A DNA stretch of 64,000 nucleotides. Source: Owenia fusiformis. Taxonomy: Eukaryota. The DNA is taken from positions 27,838,001 to 27,902,000 of the forward strand of contig CAIIXF020000001.1 of the NCBI GenBank assembly GCA_903813345.2, read 5' to 3'. A program made the translations under genes and the position numbers. The notes beneath the pieces were generated by a model, which saw only the letters and a list, made by a program, of their open reading frames with translations, made no database searches and was not told the origin of the DNA. This document shows, one piece after another, positions 60,819 to 64,000 of the stretch (position 1 is its first letter; each line of letters opens with the position of its first letter).

Positions 60819-63360
60819 ATGAACATCCATACCTTCTCCGTTCTGCTTGTCTATACTGGACTTGGCGTTTGCTTTCCAACTAACGATGCCTCGGAAGACA
60901 ACCGACAGTTAGCTTTACTTACAGATATAGAAAATACAATAAAAACTATCAGGGTAAGTTTTAGCCAGGTTTCATCATCACTCTAGCTGCGTTGGCGAAA
61001 AGAAGAAAAGTCGAATAATTGACGCGTGGGCTTGGGGGCTCGTAAAATACCAGCCAGCGTTTTTATTCGTTTATCTATTAATAATGTTATACTCAATTTT
61101 GCGATTGTTTAATCTCGTGGTGACTTACACCACGCATTTAACCATATTAGATTTTGTAAGATTGTAATGCCTTGCATTGCCCATCTACCCAAAAATAAGA
61201 AAACGAAGGGTATCCCAAATTCATTTTTACCATTCTATAAATCACTTATAATATTTTCATTCAGGAATTGCATTTTGTAAAATGTCGTCTAAAATGACGA
61301 GACGCAATAGTTTTAGATATAACAGTTTGTTGATTAACAAAACGGTGTGTGATACACTAAAATGAATCAGCGAAAAAGGTAATATTACAAGCGATTGTGC
61401 GAATTATTAAAGCAATTATGATATTTTATTGCTGCTTCTAATGTAATAGCTTAATCTATCTTAATGACCAAAGAAAATCGCGTTATTATGGACCAGCGAG
61501 GTTAATGAAAGCCGTGACAAGATAAATGAAAAAAGATATAAGACGAAACTGATTTCAGAATTAATGTACATTTTCTTTGAGAGAAAGCATTTTATTCAAA
61601 CTAATTAGTTAGGCCTAATTCTATGAAATCAAAAGTTTCTGAACCAGGAGCTGAACATCTTCGACTTCCAAGGTGTTGTTCAACGCAATTGAAACCTAGT
61701 GAATCAAGATGGGAGCTGCATGGATCTGAATACTAGCATTACAGGCGACACGGATATCCCAAAATTTCGAACCTTTTTCTGACATCTTGGAAGTTTGTCT
61801 AAAATTACAGTAACTGTTATTATTTCACTTTAACCAAGTGTACTGCGTGCCATTCAAAAAAATGTGTGAGAATGTAAATTACGTTTTTTACATTATTTTG
61901 ATTAAGATCTGATGCTTATGATCTGATGAAATTATTTTTGTGTTTTCCGACGTAATAAAGCCCCATGGGCCTTATCTCACAAGTTCATTAATCAATAAAG
62001 TTTCACCAATAAGCGCTTATTTGAAAACTTAAAAAGCTCAAGACCAAAATTACCATTCCCATGCGTGATTTTAATAGTTTAATTTTGCTTCTTTAAGACC
62101 GAGCTTCATCTGCTTTCACTCAGAATACAACAAAATAATTTTTACAATAAAAATGAAATGAAACTCCAGTAACCAATGAATATTTTTTTAGAAATGTATT
62201 ATATCAATGCCCAGTGTGTCAAATATGACATGGCAAAATCCGGAAGCACACTCTTCTGGGAATAGAACTGTTGTCATGCTATTTTCTTCTCTATTAACCT
62301 ATTGATTTAGAGATATCGGCTTTGTTTGACAACCAATTAACGTATGAACACATCGTTATGGAATACTCTTTGATAACAAATTTATTGAAAAAGGCGCTAA
62401 ACTGTACTGAAATTAAGCTTTAATCATCTTGTAGCTATCAAAGATTCATAAATGGTACACAGGGCCTTCCATTTCAATGTTAACTAAATTGAATTACTAT
62501 ACCTCTAGTAATGGAAGTTCAAAAATTAAAGCTAGCGATTCCACAAATGTCAGTCAGTCACCGAAACAACTGCCAAATGGAATGTTATCTTTTATAAGAG
62601 AGGTGAAGGTCTACCATCGGGCTTTCTCGATTCTTGCTCAAATTAAAATAGGCGATGGTCTATTTGATTCGTCGAGTGTGACAAATGCCTTTAAATGGTG
62701 TCAAGTCTTAAAAACACATGGATGAATATTTTTCGAATTTTATCAGTCAATTATCTTTATATCAATAGTTATGACTAAAAATATTTAGCTCGCATAGAGA
62801 GCATCATTGATCGACACCATTGTTAACAAGATGACGTTTCTCCTGTTAGAGGCCTGTCCAGTCCATTGGATGGGCTTATCGGTGTGACATGGGCCCCAAG
62901 TCGTTTTGCGATTTTGAGAGTTCATTTTTGTGGCCAAAGACGTGAATCAGGATGCATCTGAAAATTGTCAATGTTTTGTTAATGATTGTTATCTTTCGTG
63001 AATGTAATAACCACGTGATTCTGATTTGTAACAAAAACTCGAGCCCGGAAACGTGACATACTCTCTATAGCAATCGAATACGTATTGTTACTTTATCTGA
63101 TGTGATGACGTGAAAATACCCCTGCTCTCCATAGCTTCTTCTTTAGGCCAATTCATTTTTTGAATTTTAGAGTGAGCTACTCAATCAAGATGGCTCCTCC
63201 TTAGAAGAACGACAATTCACTAATAATTTACCAGAGTACTCAGAGGACGCCACTAATTTGCTGCCAGAGCGTGAGGAACAGTTAGCAACTTTACAAAATG
63301 AGATATTCAACGGACTAACGGATTATATAAATTACCTTGAACAAAAGCGAGTATTAGGAG
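60819..63360 (+). CDS. Secreted prepropeptide-like (neuropeptide/hormone precursor-like) gene, 5' part; continues beyond the window
   Basis: Exon 60819-60953 (MNIHTFSVLLVYTGLGVCFPTNDASEDNRQLALLTDIENTIKTIR, then GTAAG) joins in phase 0 to exon 63171-63360 (SELLNQDGSSLEERQF...QLATLQNEIFNGLTDYINYLEQKRVLG, then GTAAT): signal peptide, acidic pro-region, KR site. Confidence 0.7.
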
Positions 63361-64000
63361 GTAATATATCCTTTATAGTTATCAGGCAGCCCTTCAAGGG
63401 GCCTCTTATAGTTTTTGTAATTATTGTTTATTTATTTATTTATTATTCTTTTTAGCACTTTTTCTCCAACTTCCAGCTAGGTTTCAGTTATCTCATATAT
63501 GGTCCTATTAGGGACCTGGTCTGGACTGGTTTTTTTTTTTTTTTTATTAATCATCTTTATTGTATTCCATAAAATACAGATATACAAACTTAAACAATTG
63601 CCAAAGTCTAATGACATTGACGGCAATTATGAGTGAAATCCAAAGGAATGTTATTAAGTTTTTACATAATAAGTTATTTTTATGTCATGTTATTGTTAAA
63701 ATAGATGAAAAAAAGTCAATAAAATATCATCACACTACACTCGTATATCACAAAAATGTGTAAGTTTTTTTTTTCCCCTTGGCCAGAGGGATTTCAGTTG
63801 TAACATGTTGTAATCGATTACATGTCCAAAAGATCTAGACCCTGGTGGATATAATATGCTACTATGTTCATTAGTTTCTCATTGACATCTATTGGAAATT
63901 TATTATCTCCAAAAAGTAAGAACTGGGATTGATCATGCATATTAAGTCCATCATAGTGGGTACGGATCCCTATCGTCTCCAATCCTGCAAGTAGTGTTAT

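Overview
AT-rich, intron-containing animal DNA, probably a marine invertebrate (inference; species not determinable here). It opens with a complete ~6.4 kb Academ (AcademX-type) DNA transposon: ~500-bp TIRs, 3-bp TAG TSD, and a DDE transposase fused to an XPG/FEN-like nuclease, split by one frameshift and lacking the usual C-terminal Cys-rich finger. Host genes rebuilt by hand from splice sites: a 6-exon CRAL-TRIO lipid-transfer gene (-), a DHHC palmitoyltransferase with one coding exon (-), a 15-exon CUB2-Sushi9-mucin-TM receptor with freshly duplicated Sushi exons and an FxNPxY/Tyr-rich tail (-), a 4-exon class A peptide-type GPCR (+), and the first two coding exons of a secreted neuropeptide-precursor-like gene (+). 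Non-coding DNA is dense in mobile elements: two apparently identical 1276-bp non-autonomous elements, a 5'-truncated Tx1/L1 LINE with its TSD, P-like, Transib-like, mariner-foldback, Kolobok-like, EnSpm-like and Harbinger-like MITEs, Helentron/DINE-like tandem-repeat elements, and a recurrent class of GAA-loop hairpin elements. Superfamily labels rest on termini, TSDs and motifs; no database search was run.
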